64,000 nucleotides of DNA from an uncultured Actinomycetes bacterium (lineage in GTDB: Bacteria > Actinomycetota > Thermoleophilia > RBG-16-64-13). The translations under genes were made by a program, and so were the position numbers. Shown piece after piece: positions 46,848-55,327 of the stretch (position 1 is its first letter; each line of letters opens with the position of its first letter). Location: positions 2,976-66,975 of the forward strand of contig CAIQPS010000074.1 of NCBI GenBank assembly GCA_903873715.1. Direction: 5' to 3'. The notes under the pieces were generated by a model that ran no database searches, was not told where the DNA came from, and saw only the letters and a program-made list of their open reading frames with translations.

Positions 46848-47537
46848 CTAGCGCTCGCCGGCGATCTGGCCGTCGATGCCGACCACCACAATCTTCACCG
46901 GGATGTCGACGCCTGCCAGGGTCACTGCTTTCCGGACCATGTGTTCGAGCCCGCCGCAGCAGGGCACGGTCATGATGGCCGTGGTCACCGAGGCGGCCCC
47001 GGCGTCCTTGATGAGAGCCACCAGCTTGTCCAGATACGGCCCGGTCTCATCGAGCTTCGGGCAGGCGACCACCATCTTGCGGCCTTTGAGCAGGTCCGAG
47101 TGGAAGCTGCCCAGCGCGAAGGCCGTGCAGTCGGCGGCCACGAGCAGGTCGGCACCCCGGAAGTACGGAGCCGCCGGCGAGATGAGATGCAGCTGGATGG
47201 GCCACTGGGTGATCTCGGAGCGGGCCGGGGCGCCCGGCGCGGCCGCCTCTTCCTCGGGCTTGTGCACCAGCTCCACCGCCTCGTCCCCGCGGGTGCGCTT
47301 CACGTGCTCGACGGTGGCCTGGTAGTCGTAGGCCTCGACCTCGCGCTCCACCACTTTCAGCGCGTCGGTGGGGCAGACGTCGAGGCACATGCCCATACCG
47401 TCGCAGTAGAGCTCCTTGACCAGGACCGCTTTGCCCTCGTCGTCCAACTGCAGGGCGGCCTCGTCGCACGCCGTGGTGCAGGCGCCGCAGCCGTTGCAGA
47501 GGTCGCGGTCTATCTCGATGATCTTGCGCTTGGCCAT
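46848..47537 (-). CDS. 4Fe-4S dicluster ferredoxin-domain protein with C-terminal Cys-rich domain
   Basis: IEIDRDLCNGCGACTTAC ... CDGMGMCLDVCP (two [4Fe-4S] motifs), then ADCTAF, VVACPKLD, VPCCGGLEH. Confidence 0.7.
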   Translation of the reverse strand: MAKRKIIEIDRDLCNGCGACTTACDEAALQLDDEGKAVLVKELYCDGMGMCLDVCPTDALKVVEREVEAYDYQATVEHVKRTRGDEAVELVHKPEEEAAAPGAPARSEITQWPIQLHLISPAAPYFRGADLLVAADCTAFALGSFHSDLLKGRKMVVACPKLDETGPYLDKLVALIKDAGAASVTTAIMTVPCCGGLEHMVRKAVTLAGVDIPVKIVVVGIDGQIAGER

Positions 47538-47576
47538 GTCGTCAGTCCCCCTGCCGCCTGCGCCGGCGGCGACGCG

Positions 47577-49475
47577 TCAATTGATCTTGATGCCGTAGAT
47601 CTTCTGCCCCCTGGTGCCCACGACGATCATGTTGTCGAAGGCGGCCGGCGAGGCTTCGATGTTGGTGCCCAGGTTGATGTAGTCCACGATCTTGCCCGTC
47701 TTGCCCTCGAGCAGGAACATGTTGCCGACGGTGTCGCAGGCCACGATGTACGACTTGCCGGAGGGCGTGTACACGGCGACGGGCGAGCTCCACATGTAGT
47801 GGTTGGTCGGCCGGCGCCACACCTCTTCGCCGGTCTTGCGGTCCAGCGCCACGATGAGACCGCCGGCCGCGCTCGGCGTGCGGGCGATGGCGTAGATCAC
47901 CAGGTTGGCGATGTCCTTCTGCCCCAGCACCGGGGTGTCCTGCACGCCGCCGGACACATCCAGCACCGTGAAGCACTTGTACGGCTCGCTCTCCCACACC
48001 ACCTTGCCGGTGGCCGCGTCGATCTTCCAGATGGGGATGTCGCCGGTGCGGCCGGCAGCGGTGGTCTTGGCTTTCTCGTGCAGCGACGTGGAGATATAGA
48101 TGTACCCGTGCCCGTTCTCCTCAGCGAAGACGGGGGAGGTGTTGGTATCGTCCAGCACGTTCTGCACCCACACCAGCTTCATGGTGTTGAGGTCCCAGCA
48201 GAACAGCTTGCCGCCGTTGTCCGTGACGTACAGGTAGTTCTTCCAGGCCACCGCGGAGTCTTCCATCCCCCAGAGCGGGCTGGTGACATTGGTGCCGGTG
48301 TCTTTGTAGGCGGGGTTGGCGTAGTTGACCTTGATGGGGGTGTCGGGGTCGACGGTGAGGGTGCCGGCCTCTTTGTCGAACTTGGTGTTCAGCTTGATGG
48401 TGTAGAGCACCCCGTTCTCACCCGGTTCGATGAGCGTGTCCGACTCCACATCGAACAGCGCCGAGGAGTCGTAGGCGTACCAGCTGCGGTACGAGGCGGC
48501 GTCGGGCTTGGCGCCGAAGGTGTAGAGCTCGGTCTGGTCGATGAGGCTGAACAGCCTGGCACGCGCCGTCTGCCGGGCCTTGGCTCCGTCCCCGTGCCCC
48601 ACGAAGAGCATGGGGATGCCGCTCGGGTAGATGCTGCCCGTGCCCTTGAACGGACCGCCCTTGGAGGTGATGGGCGACCGGGTGTAGAGGCCGTCCTGCA
48701 GGTCGAGGAAGTAGATCTTGCCGTCCAAGCAGGGGTAGATGACCTCGACCAGGTCCTTCTTCGCCTTCTTGGTGTCCTTGATGTTCATGATCTCTTTGAG
48801 ATCGTCCGGCCACCTGACGATGAGGGGTTGGCCGGTCCAGCCGCTGCCGGTCCACGAACCGGTGCCGCTCGCCTTGGCGATGGCTCCGCTGGTGGCCGTC
48901 CAGACGATCTGGAGCTTGGCCGTCTTGATGTCGGCGGTGCCGTAGTTGGCGCCGGAGCGGTAGTTGTTGCCCCGGAAGGTGATTATCCCTTCGAGGTCCG
49001 TGTAGTCCTTGCCGGCCCCGAAGCTGATGGGATCCTGGCGCGAGAAGCTGGTGAGGCGGCTGTCGCCCTTGAAGAGGTGGACGGTCATGTCGAAGTCGCT
49101 GGGCTTCGTGCCCGCGATGGGGGCCACCGTCATGTCGATGGCGCTCGACCCGGCCTCCGAGGAGGTGGTCGACCCGGAGCTATCGGTGGAATCGGTCGAA
49201 CTGGAGCCTTCGCTCCCACTCGTCTTGGTGGTGCTGGACGACGTCTTGCCGGTGCTGTTGGTGGTGTTGCCGCTCGTACCGTCGTTGCCGCCCCACAGGA
49301 ACATCACGGCCACGACCACGGCCACGACCACGGCCAGGGAAGCCACCGCGAAGACTATGCGCCGCCGCTTGGCGGCCTTCCGCCTGCGCCGTGAAGATGA
49401 ATAGATAGACCGTTGGTATGGATCCACGTGTTCAGACCCGCTCTCTCCGGCGAGGGCCGCCGGGGGCATCCGCAT
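47577..49475 (-). CDS. PQQ-like beta-propeller repeat protein, membrane-anchored with Ser/Thr-rich stalk
   Basis: N-terminal TM helix (IVFAVASLAVVVAVVVAVMFLW) and an S/T-rich linker. Repeated beta-propeller blades (KIYFLDLQDG, KLFCWDLNTMKLVW, GKVVWESE, GEEVWRR). Confidence 0.75.
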   Translation of the reverse strand: MRMPPAALAGESGSEHVDPYQRSIYSSSRRRRKAAKRRRIVFAVASLAVVVAVVVAVMFLWGGNDGTSGNTTNSTGKTSSSTTKTSGSEGSSSTDSTDSSGSTTSSEAGSSAIDMTVAPIAGTKPSDFDMTVHLFKGDSRLTSFSRQDPISFGAGKDYTDLEGIITFRGNNYRSGANYGTADIKTAKLQIVWTATSGAIAKASGTGSWTGSGWTGQPLIVRWPDDLKEIMNIKDTKKAKKDLVEVIYPCLDGKIYFLDLQDGLYTRSPITSKGGPFKGTGSIYPSGIPMLFVGHGDGAKARQTARARLFSLIDQTELYTFGAKPDAASYRSWYAYDSSALFDVESDTLIEPGENGVLYTIKLNTKFDKEAGTLTVDPDTPIKVNYANPAYKDTGTNVTSPLWGMEDSAVAWKNYLYVTDNGGKLFCWDLNTMKLVWVQNVLDDTNTSPVFAEENGHGYIYISTSLHEKAKTTAAGRTGDIPIWKIDAATGKVVWESEPYKCFTVLDVSGGVQDTPVLGQKDIANLVIYAIARTPSAAGGLIVALDRKTGEEVWRRPTNHYMWSSPVAVYTPSGKSYIVACDTVGNMFLLEGKTGKIVDYINLGTNIEASPAAFDNMIVVGTRGQKIYGIKIN

Positions 49476-49516
49476 TGCGGCATTCTATCAAGACCGGGCG
49501 GCCACCGCCGCCCTGC

Positions 49517-50341
49517 CTACCCTTCCGGCAGTGCAGACGGGGCTCGGTCGGGCCCCGTTCCCGGGACGGCCGGGAAGACCTGGCAGGTGCCGTTGAGCGA
49601 CACGGCGTCCATCGGATAGTCGAACAAGGCCGAGAGTGCCGCGGACGTCAGCACCTCGTCCCGGTGCCCATCCGCCATGATCCTCCCGTGCTTGAGCAGC
49701 ACCACCCGTTCGATCTCCGGTGGTATCTCGTGGATGTGGTGCGTCACCAGCAGGACGGTCGTGCCGCGCCGGATGAGGTCTTGCAGCACCTCCCGGTAGA
49801 GGAACGAGCTCTTGAGGTCCAGCCCGGACGTCGGTTCGTCGAACAAGAGCGCCCGCGGGTCGTTCACCAGGGCGCGGCCGAGCAGGAAGCGGCGCTGCTC
49901 CCCGGTCGACATGCGGCCGAACGCTCGGTCCCGCAGCCCGGCGATGCCCAGCATCCCCATGATCTCCTCGGCCTTGCTCCGCTCCGCGTCGCCGAAGACC
50001 TGGTGCTGCCACAGGTCGACGCTGGAGAAGAAGCCGGAGAGGATGACGCCCAGCCCGGTGACTGTGGGCAGGTACTCGTGCTGCATGTCGTGCGAGACGA
50101 CGCCCAACTGCGAGCGGAGGTCCCAGACGTTCCAATCCTCCCGGCCGAGGACCCTGACGTAGCTGCCCGTCTCATGTACCGGGTGCAGTTCGCGCGACAC
50201 CAGCTTCAGGAGCGTGGATTTGCCGGCGCCGTTGGGGCCCAGGATGGCGGTGCTGCACCCTTCCTCTATCTGCAGGCTGAAGTCCGAGAGCACGGGAGCG
50301 CCGCCGCGCAGCACGGTGATGTGGTGGAAATCGAGGAGCAT
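49517..50341 (-). CDS. ABC transporter ATP-binding protein (orphan, no adjacent permease)
   Basis: Walker A GPNGAGKST, signature MSTGEQRR, Walker B LLFDEPTSGLD. Start at MLLDFHHITV; the upstream ORF-track portion is spurious. Confidence 0.8.
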   Translation of the reverse strand: MLLDFHHITVLRGGAPVLSDFSLQIEEGCSTAILGPNGAGKSTLLKLVSRELHPVHETGSYVRVLGREDWNVWDLRSQLGVVSHDMQHEYLPTVTGLGVILSGFFSSVDLWQHQVFGDAERSKAEEIMGMLGIAGLRDRAFGRMSTGEQRRFLLGRALVNDPRALLFDEPTSGLDLKSSFLYREVLQDLIRRGTTVLLVTHHIHEIPPEIERVVLLKHGRIMADGHRDEVLTSAALSALFDYPMDAVSLNGTCQVFPAVPGTGPDRAPSALPEG

Positions 50342-50366
50342 GGTGATCGTGCCGGGGCCGGTCTGG

Positions 50367-50849
50367 CTAGGTGACTTCGAAGAAGGACAGCTTGACCTGC
50401 CGGGCCAGGCGCTCGCCGGCGCAGACGGACACGATCCGGTGCAGCCACTCATACTGCGCCGAACCCGTCTCGAACCGGGGCACAGTCCTGAAATAGTATT
50501 CGTCCGGGCTGCATGGTTCCCCGGCCGCGAGCCGCGCCATGACCTCGGGCGCCGCAGTCCTGATGCCGGGGTTCCGCACGTAGACAAGCGCGCCGTCGGA
50601 GGTCTCGAGGGTGTAGCGTGCCTCGATCTCGGCGACCCCGTCGGGCCGGATCACCTGCCAGTCGGCGCCGCCGGGCAGCACCCGGCCGGACAGCCGCGGC
50701 CCGGCGAACGTCCCGCCGAGGATGGGGATGATCCGCCTGACGCCGTGCGGGCCTTCTCCGACGACGGTCGCCTCTCCGATGTCCACCCTCGCGCCGAAGA
50801 GGAAGCGCAGCGTGGGGGCCAAGGGCTCAAGACTCTGTTCGGGTCCCAA
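50367..50849 (-). CDS. DUF3237 domain-containing protein
   Basis: 160-aa beta-rich protein with RFETGSAQYEWLHRIV and a DUF3237-like pattern. Confidence 0.65.
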   Translation of the reverse strand: MGPEQSLEPLAPTLRFLFGARVDIGEATVVGEGPHGVRRIIPILGGTFAGPRLSGRVLPGGADWQVIRPDGVAEIEARYTLETSDGALVYVRNPGIRTAAPEVMARLAAGEPCSPDEYYFRTVPRFETGSAQYEWLHRIVSVCAGERLARQVKLSFFEVT

Positions 50850-50885
50850 TCAGCACCGCCGGTGTCGAGGTTGTCCTGTCGAGTG

Positions 50886-51029
50886 GAGAGGAAGGGATTC
50901 GACGCAGCTGCTTCGCACCTGCCGTCCTCGCCTCGCTGTCCGCTCGGCTCGGACCGCTCGCTGCTCGACGGTCCACTGGACCCTCTCGCTGACGCTCGCG
51001 CCCTCGCGGGTTCGGAATCCCGTCCTCTC
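50886..51029. repeat. tRNA-3'-end-derived inverted repeat pair flanking a ~107-bp spacer, adjacent to tRNA-Ser(TGA)
   Basis: 50886-50903 GGAGAGGAAGGGATTCGA and the reverse complement of 51011-51029 (GGAGAGGACGGGATTCCGA) both nearly match the 3' end of the neighbouring tRNA-Ser gene (GGAGGGGAAGGGATTCGAACCC at 51065-51086). Confidence 0.45.
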
Positions 51030-51063
51030 CGAAGCGAGCGCCTTGTGCATGAGCCGCCCATAG

Positions 51064-51150
51064 CGGAGGGGAAGGGATTCGAACCCTTGAGACCTTGCGG
51101 CCTGCCGGTTTTCAAGACCGGTGCAATCAACCGAACTCTGCCACCCCTCC
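51064..51150 (-). tRNA. tRNA-Ser (anticodon TGA), type II
   Basis: GGAGGGGTGGCAGAGTTCGGTTGATTGCACCGGTCTTGAAAACCGGCAGGCCGCAAGGTCTCAAGGGTTCGAATCCCTTCCCCTCCG. Anticodon loop CTTGAAA (UGA reads UCA, so Ser not Sec). Confidence 0.85.
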
Positions 51151-51300
51151 GGGTCACGGCGCTGCCCATGCGGGACCGCGGGCCGTCGCCCGGAGTATAG
51201 CCTCTGACCCGCGGGGCGTCCGTCAGGCGCCGGGACAACCTGCCGGGATCGCCCAGCACCGGGCTCGCGGGTCGCCGGCCCGCCGGTCGCCGGTGGGGCG

Positions 51301-51990
51301 TTAGAACGTGCCGGTGCTGACGGCCGTGCCCCAGACGACCAGCGCCAGCACGATGATGATCATCACCAGCACCCAGAACGCCACGCCGATGCCGAAGCTG
51401 ATCCAGCTCCACATCTTGGCCTTGCGGGACGCCTCCTGGGCCCCGTAGACATCGCCCATGGCGAGCAGGTTGCCCACCTTGGTGGCGTAGACGATCGCCA
51501 CGATGCCGGTGGGCCAGAAGCACAGTATCAGCGTGGCGATGGCCCAGCCGAGATGGCTCGGGACGTGCGGGACCACCCCCTGGTTGTACGCAGGCGGATA
51601 GCCGGGCTGCTGATAGCCTGCCGGCGGATAGTAGGCCCCCGGCTGACCGGGCGCCTGCTGGTAGGGCGGGGCCTGCTGGTAGGGCGGCGGGGTCTGGTAT
51701 GCCTGCCGGTACTGCGGCTCGTAGGGCGGAGGTGGGGTCGCCGGGGCGCCTGCGGGAGGCGTCTGGGCAGCCGTGTCGGCCGGGATCTCTTCGGCTGCGG
51801 GTTCGGCCGCCGGTTCGAAAGCGGGGACGGCCTCAGCGGCGGCCACGGGCTCGGCTGAGGCCGGCGTCTGGGCCGCTTCATCCGCCGCAGGAGCGGACCA
51901 CTGCTCCTTGTACTTCCTCAGGTCGGTCCCGCAGTTGGCGCAGAAGGCGGCGCTCTCGTCGTTGGTGGCGCCACATTGTGGGCAAAACAT
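51301..51990 (-). CDS. CD225/dispanin family membrane protein with N-terminal zinc-ribbon and Pro/Tyr/Gln-rich linker
   Basis: MFCPQCGATNDESAAFCANCG zinc ribbon, PPPYEPQYRQAYQTPPPYQQAPPYQQAP low-complexity linker, and C-terminal two-TM CD225-like domain (HLGWAIATLILCFWPTGIVAIVYATKV). Confidence 0.7.
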   Translation of the reverse strand: MFCPQCGATNDESAAFCANCGTDLRKYKEQWSAPAADEAAQTPASAEPVAAAEAVPAFEPAAEPAAEEIPADTAAQTPPAGAPATPPPPYEPQYRQAYQTPPPYQQAPPYQQAPGQPGAYYPPAGYQQPGYPPAYNQGVVPHVPSHLGWAIATLILCFWPTGIVAIVYATKVGNLLAMGDVYGAQEASRKAKMWSWISFGIGVAFWVLVMIIIVLALVVWGTAVSTGTF

Positions 51991-52059
51991 ATGCGCCTCT
52001 CTTCTCATGCTCGGGGTCGCGTGATGCTAGGTTTATCACAAAGCGTTGGGGAGGTTGAT

Positions 52060-52485
52060 GTGGCTACGTCCGAGACGAACGAACGGATCCAACGGCTGGT
52101 CGCGGGGGACCGCCTGATCGCTCTCTACGGGATACAGGTGGAGGAGGCTTCCGAAAGCCTGGCTCGGGTGTCGGCGGTGGTCACGGAGGATTTCCTCCAG
52201 GTGCACGGCCTGGCCCACGGGGCGTTCATCTTCGCTCTGATAGACGTCGCGTTCGCCCTGACCGTCAACGCCCGGCTGGATGCCGTGGCGGTGCAGTGGA
52301 GCGTCAGCCAGTTCCGCTCGGGTCAGCTGGGGGAGACGCTCACCGCCGAGTGCCGGCTGCTGCACGGCGGGCGCCGCATGATGGTGGTCGACCTGGTGGT
52401 GACCGGCGCGGAAGGGCGGGTCATCGCGAAAGGACAGGCCACGGCGATACCGGTGGGGGAGGCGGCTTCGCCTTCGCGGGGGTAG
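52060..52485 (+). CDS. PaaI/hotdog-fold acyl-CoA thioesterase
   Basis: GTG start 5 nt after GGGGAGG. HGLAHGAFIFALIDVAFALTVN and the hotdog central helix. The ORF-track start at 51976 is unlikely. Confidence 0.75.
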   Translation: MATSETNERIQRLVAGDRLIALYGIQVEEASESLARVSAVVTEDFLQVHGLAHGAFIFALIDVAFALTVNARLDAVAVQWSVSQFRSGQLGETLTAECRLLHGGRRMMVVDLVVTGAEGRVIAKGQATAIPVGEAASPSRG

Positions 52486-52605
52486 GGCGCAGCCAAGCCG
52501 CCGTCTTCCGCTCCGCCGGCAGCTCGGTCGGCCCTAGCGACACCACCGCGATCTATCGCCGATTCGGGGATCGACCGGACTGTGCCGAGAACGGCGCCGG
52601 GCGCG

Positions 52606-52659
52606 AAGAGTGCAGTAGTACACTCTAGAGAGTCCTATACTCTACTGAGTCTTACTCTC
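52606..52659. promoter_or_regulatory. AT-rich palindrome/AGAGT-ACTCT repeat cluster upstream of kaiC (putative operator/promoter)
   Basis: AGAGTGcagtagtaCACTCT perfect palindrome at 52606-52625, followed by agagagtcctatACTCTactgagtcttACTCTcc. This is the most AT-rich spot of the window, about 160 nt upstream of the kaiC start. Confidence 0.4.
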
Positions 52660-52820
52660 CAGGTCGCGTGCCAACCACTCGTTCAGCGACACCGGCGGGG
52701 TCTCCGCGCCTCACGGGGAGCGCGTGCTGGTGATCGACCGCCAGGTGAACAGGGCGTTGCGGGCCGGGGGCGAAAAGAGGTACCGGCCGAGTGTGGGCTA
52801 GCAGGAAGATGAGGGCTCGA

Positions 52821-54512
52821 ATGAACAAGATGACCTTGGGTCCCCTGGAAAAGTGCCCTACCGGTATCGAGGGCCTGGATGAGCTGTTGAACGGGGGTCT
52901 CCCCCGAGGGCGGCCGACCCTGGTCTGCGGGTCGGCGGGCTGCGGCAAGACGCTGCTGGCCATGGAGTTTCTGGTGCGCGGCGCCGTGGAGTTCGGCGAG
53001 CCGGGCGTCTTCATGGCGTTCGAGGAGAACGGGCAGGAGCTCGCTCAGAATGTTGCGTCTCTCGGCTTCGATCTGCCGGGTCTCATCGCCGCCAAGAAGG
53101 TGGCGGTGGACTTCGTCAGTGTCGCCCGGGAGGAGATCGAAGCGACGGGCGAGTACGACCTGGAGGGCCTCTTCATCCGCTTGGACCACGCGATCAACTC
53201 GGTCGGCGCCAAGCGGGTGGTACTGGACACCGTCGAGTCGCTCTTCTCGGGGCTTCCTCACCCCATGATCCTGCGCGGCGAGCTTCGCCGCCTGTTCCGT
53301 TGGCTGAAGGAGAGGGGGGTGACGGTCATCATCACGGGAGAGCGTGGCGAAGGCTCGCTCACCCGGCAGGGTTTGGAAGAGTATGTCTCCGATTGCGTCA
53401 TCCTCCTCGATCACCGTATCGTCGAGCAGATCTCCACACGGCGGCTGCGCGTGGTCAAGTACCGTGGCTCGACTCACGGCACCAACGAGTACCCCTTCCT
53501 CATCGGTGAGAAGGGCTTCTCGGTGCTGCCCATCACCTCCCTGGGCCTGCAGCATGTCGCCCGCAACGAGAGGGTCTCGACCGGCGTCCCCCGTTTGGAC
53601 GCCATGTTGGGCGGCAACGGATACTATCGCGGCAGCACCGTGCTGGTGTCCGGCACCGCCGGCTGCGGCAAGACCAGCCTCGCGGCACATTTCGTCGACG
53701 CGGCCTGCGCGCGGGGCGAGCGGGCCCTCCTTTTCGCTTTCGAGGAATCGCCCAGTCAGATCGTGCGCAACATGCGGTCCATCGGCATAGACCTCCAGCC
53801 CGCAGTGGATGCAGGGTTGCTGCAGTTCCATGCGGCCCGTCCGGCCATGCATGGCCTTGAGATGCACCTGGCGGCCATGCTCAGGGCTATCGACGAGTTC
53901 GAGCCGGCCGTCGTGGTCGTAGACCCCGCGAGTGCCTTCGTGGTCGCCGGCAACGACTACGACGTCAAGGCCATGATGATGCGCCTCGTGGACTATCTCA
54001 AGACGAAGGGCATCACTGCGCTCTTCTGTGCCCTTACCGCCGGTGAGCAGCTCGAAAGCAGCGACCTCGCAATCTCCTCGCTGATCGACACCTGGCTGCT
54101 CCTGCGCGTCATCGACCTTGCCGGCGAGCGCAACCGGGCGCTGTACCTGCTCAAATCGCGCGGCATGTGGCATTCCAACCAGATCCGCGAGTTCGTGCTG
54201 ACCGATCAAGGCGTCGATCTGGTGGATGTCTACGTGGGGCCGGCAGGGGTGCTGACCGGCTCGGGCAGGATGGCGCAGGAGGCGGCCGAAAAGGCCGCGA
54301 CGCTGGCGCGCCAGCAGGAGATCGGCCGTCGCCGGCGGGATCTTGAGCGCAAGCGCCTGGCGCTGGAGGCTCAAATAGCGGCTCTGCGGGTGGCCTTTGA
54401 AGCCGAGGAGGCCGAACTGGAGGAAGCGATCAGGCAAGGTGAGGACCGAGAGTCGGTGCTGGTGGAGGACCGGGTGGATATGGCCCGACTCCGCCACGCG
54501 GATCAAGTCTAG
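52821..54512 (+). CDS. kaiC: Circadian clock-type KaiC (double RecA-like ATPase) with C-terminal coiled-coil extension
   Basis: Two KaiC domains, each with Walker A (GSAGCGKT; GTAGCGKT) and catalytic EE (AFEENG; AFEESP). A Ser-Ser pair at the S431/T432-equivalent position (ISSLIDTWLLL). About 60-aa C-terminal extension with heptad-like charged/Ala/Leu pattern (AQEAAEKAATLARQQEIGRRRRDLERKRLALEAQIAALRVAFEAEEAELEEAIRQ). Confidence 0.9.
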   Translation: MNKMTLGPLEKCPTGIEGLDELLNGGLPRGRPTLVCGSAGCGKTLLAMEFLVRGAVEFGEPGVFMAFEENGQELAQNVASLGFDLPGLIAAKKVAVDFVSVAREEIEATGEYDLEGLFIRLDHAINSVGAKRVVLDTVESLFSGLPHPMILRGELRRLFRWLKERGVTVIITGERGEGSLTRQGLEEYVSDCVILLDHRIVEQISTRRLRVVKYRGSTHGTNEYPFLIGEKGFSVLPITSLGLQHVARNERVSTGVPRLDAMLGGNGYYRGSTVLVSGTAGCGKTSLAAHFVDAACARGERALLFAFEESPSQIVRNMRSIGIDLQPAVDAGLLQFHAARPAMHGLEMHLAAMLRAIDEFEPAVVVVDPASAFVVAGNDYDVKAMMMRLVDYLKTKGITALFCALTAGEQLESSDLAISSLIDTWLLLRVIDLAGERNRALYLLKSRGMWHSNQIREFVLTDQGVDLVDVYVGPAGVLTGSGRMAQEAAEKAATLARQQEIGRRRRDLERKRLALEAQIAALRVAFEAEEAELEEAIRQGEDRESVLVEDRVDMARLRHADQV

Positions 54513-54543
54513 GAAGAAGCGCTGACCGAGGCGCCATCGACCA

Positions 54544-54930
54544 GTGGCGGATGAGTCGGGTCGCGTAGTCGCAAGAGAGAAGGCCGTGGCAGCGAAAGAT
54601 CCTTTCAACTCTCCATCCGATGGGCAGCGCACCGCACCGCCCACCATCTGGGAGCTGCGGCTGTATGTCGCGGGACGAACGCCCAGATCATTGACGGCTT
54701 TCGCGAACCTCAAGGCTATCTGCGAGGAGAATCTGGGCGGCCGGTACACCCTCGAGGTGATAGACCTGCTCGAGAACCCGCAATTGGCGGCGGGGGACCA
54801 GATCCTGGCCATACCCACTCTGGTGCGCAGGCTACCGCCGCCCGTGCGGAAGATCATCGGCGACCTATCGAACACGGAGCGCGTGCTGGTGGGGCTGGAC
54901 TTGAGGACCGCTAGGGCCGTAGAAGAATGA
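54544..54930 (+). CDS. kaiB: KaiB (thioredoxin-like fold clock protein), copy 1 with N-terminal extension
   Basis: [83 protein letters not shown] matches KaiB along its whole length. About 40 extra N-terminal residues. Confidence 0.85.
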   Translation: MADESGRVVAREKAVAAKDPFNSPSDGQRTAPPTIWELRLYVAGRTPRSLTAFANLKAICEENLGGRYTLEVIDLLENPQLAAGDQILAIPTLVRRLPPPVRKIIGDLSNTERVLVGLDLRTARAVEE

Positions 54931-54943
54931 GAAGGAGATACCG

Positions 54944-55327
54944 ATGCTCCCGATGAAACCCCCCGAAGACAGTGCGATGGCCTCTGAGCGCGCGCTGGCA
55001 GAGTCACGGTCGACGGCTCCCACCTATGTTCTGCGGCTCTATATTGCCGGCAGCAGCCACGTGTCGGCCCGAGCGGTCGCCAACATCATGGAGATCTGCG
55101 AGACGCACTTACAGGGACGCTACGAACTGGAGGTGATCGACCTCTACCAGCAGCCCACTTTGGCCGAAGGCGAACAGATCATCGCCGCGCCCACGTTGAT
55201 CAAGAAGCTGCCTGCCCCTCTGCGCCGCATCATCGGTGACATGTCCAACACCGAAAAGGTGCTCGTAGGGTTGGACCTGCGCAAGAAGGAAAGCGATGCC
55301 AGAGGCATCACCAAAGTCAAGGAGTGA
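54944..55327 (+). CDS. kaiB: KaiB, copy 2
   Basis: LRLYIAGSSHVSARAVANIMEICETHLQGRYELEVIDLYQQPTLAEGEQIIAAPTLIKKLPAPLRRIIGDMSNTEKVLVGLDL. Confidence 0.85.
   Translation: MLPMKPPEDSAMASERALAESRSTAPTYVLRLYIAGSSHVSARAVANIMEICETHLQGRYELEVIDLYQQPTLAEGEQIIAAPTLIKKLPAPLRRIIGDMSNTEKVLVGLDLRKKESDARGITKVKE

Noticed and set aside
46461-49394. 977-aa plus-strand ORF
   Set aside because: It is antisense to the PQQ-propeller and 4Fe-4S genes, Arg/Gly/Val-rich and low-complexity, with no start context. A GC-bias artefact.
51064-51150. Possible tRNA-Sec (selC) to go with the UGA-containing OsmC gene
   Set aside because: Anticodon loop is CTTGAAA (anticodon UGA decoding UCA). It is a type II tRNA-Ser, not tRNA-Sec (which would have anticodon UCA, an 8-bp acceptor and a 6-bp D-stem).
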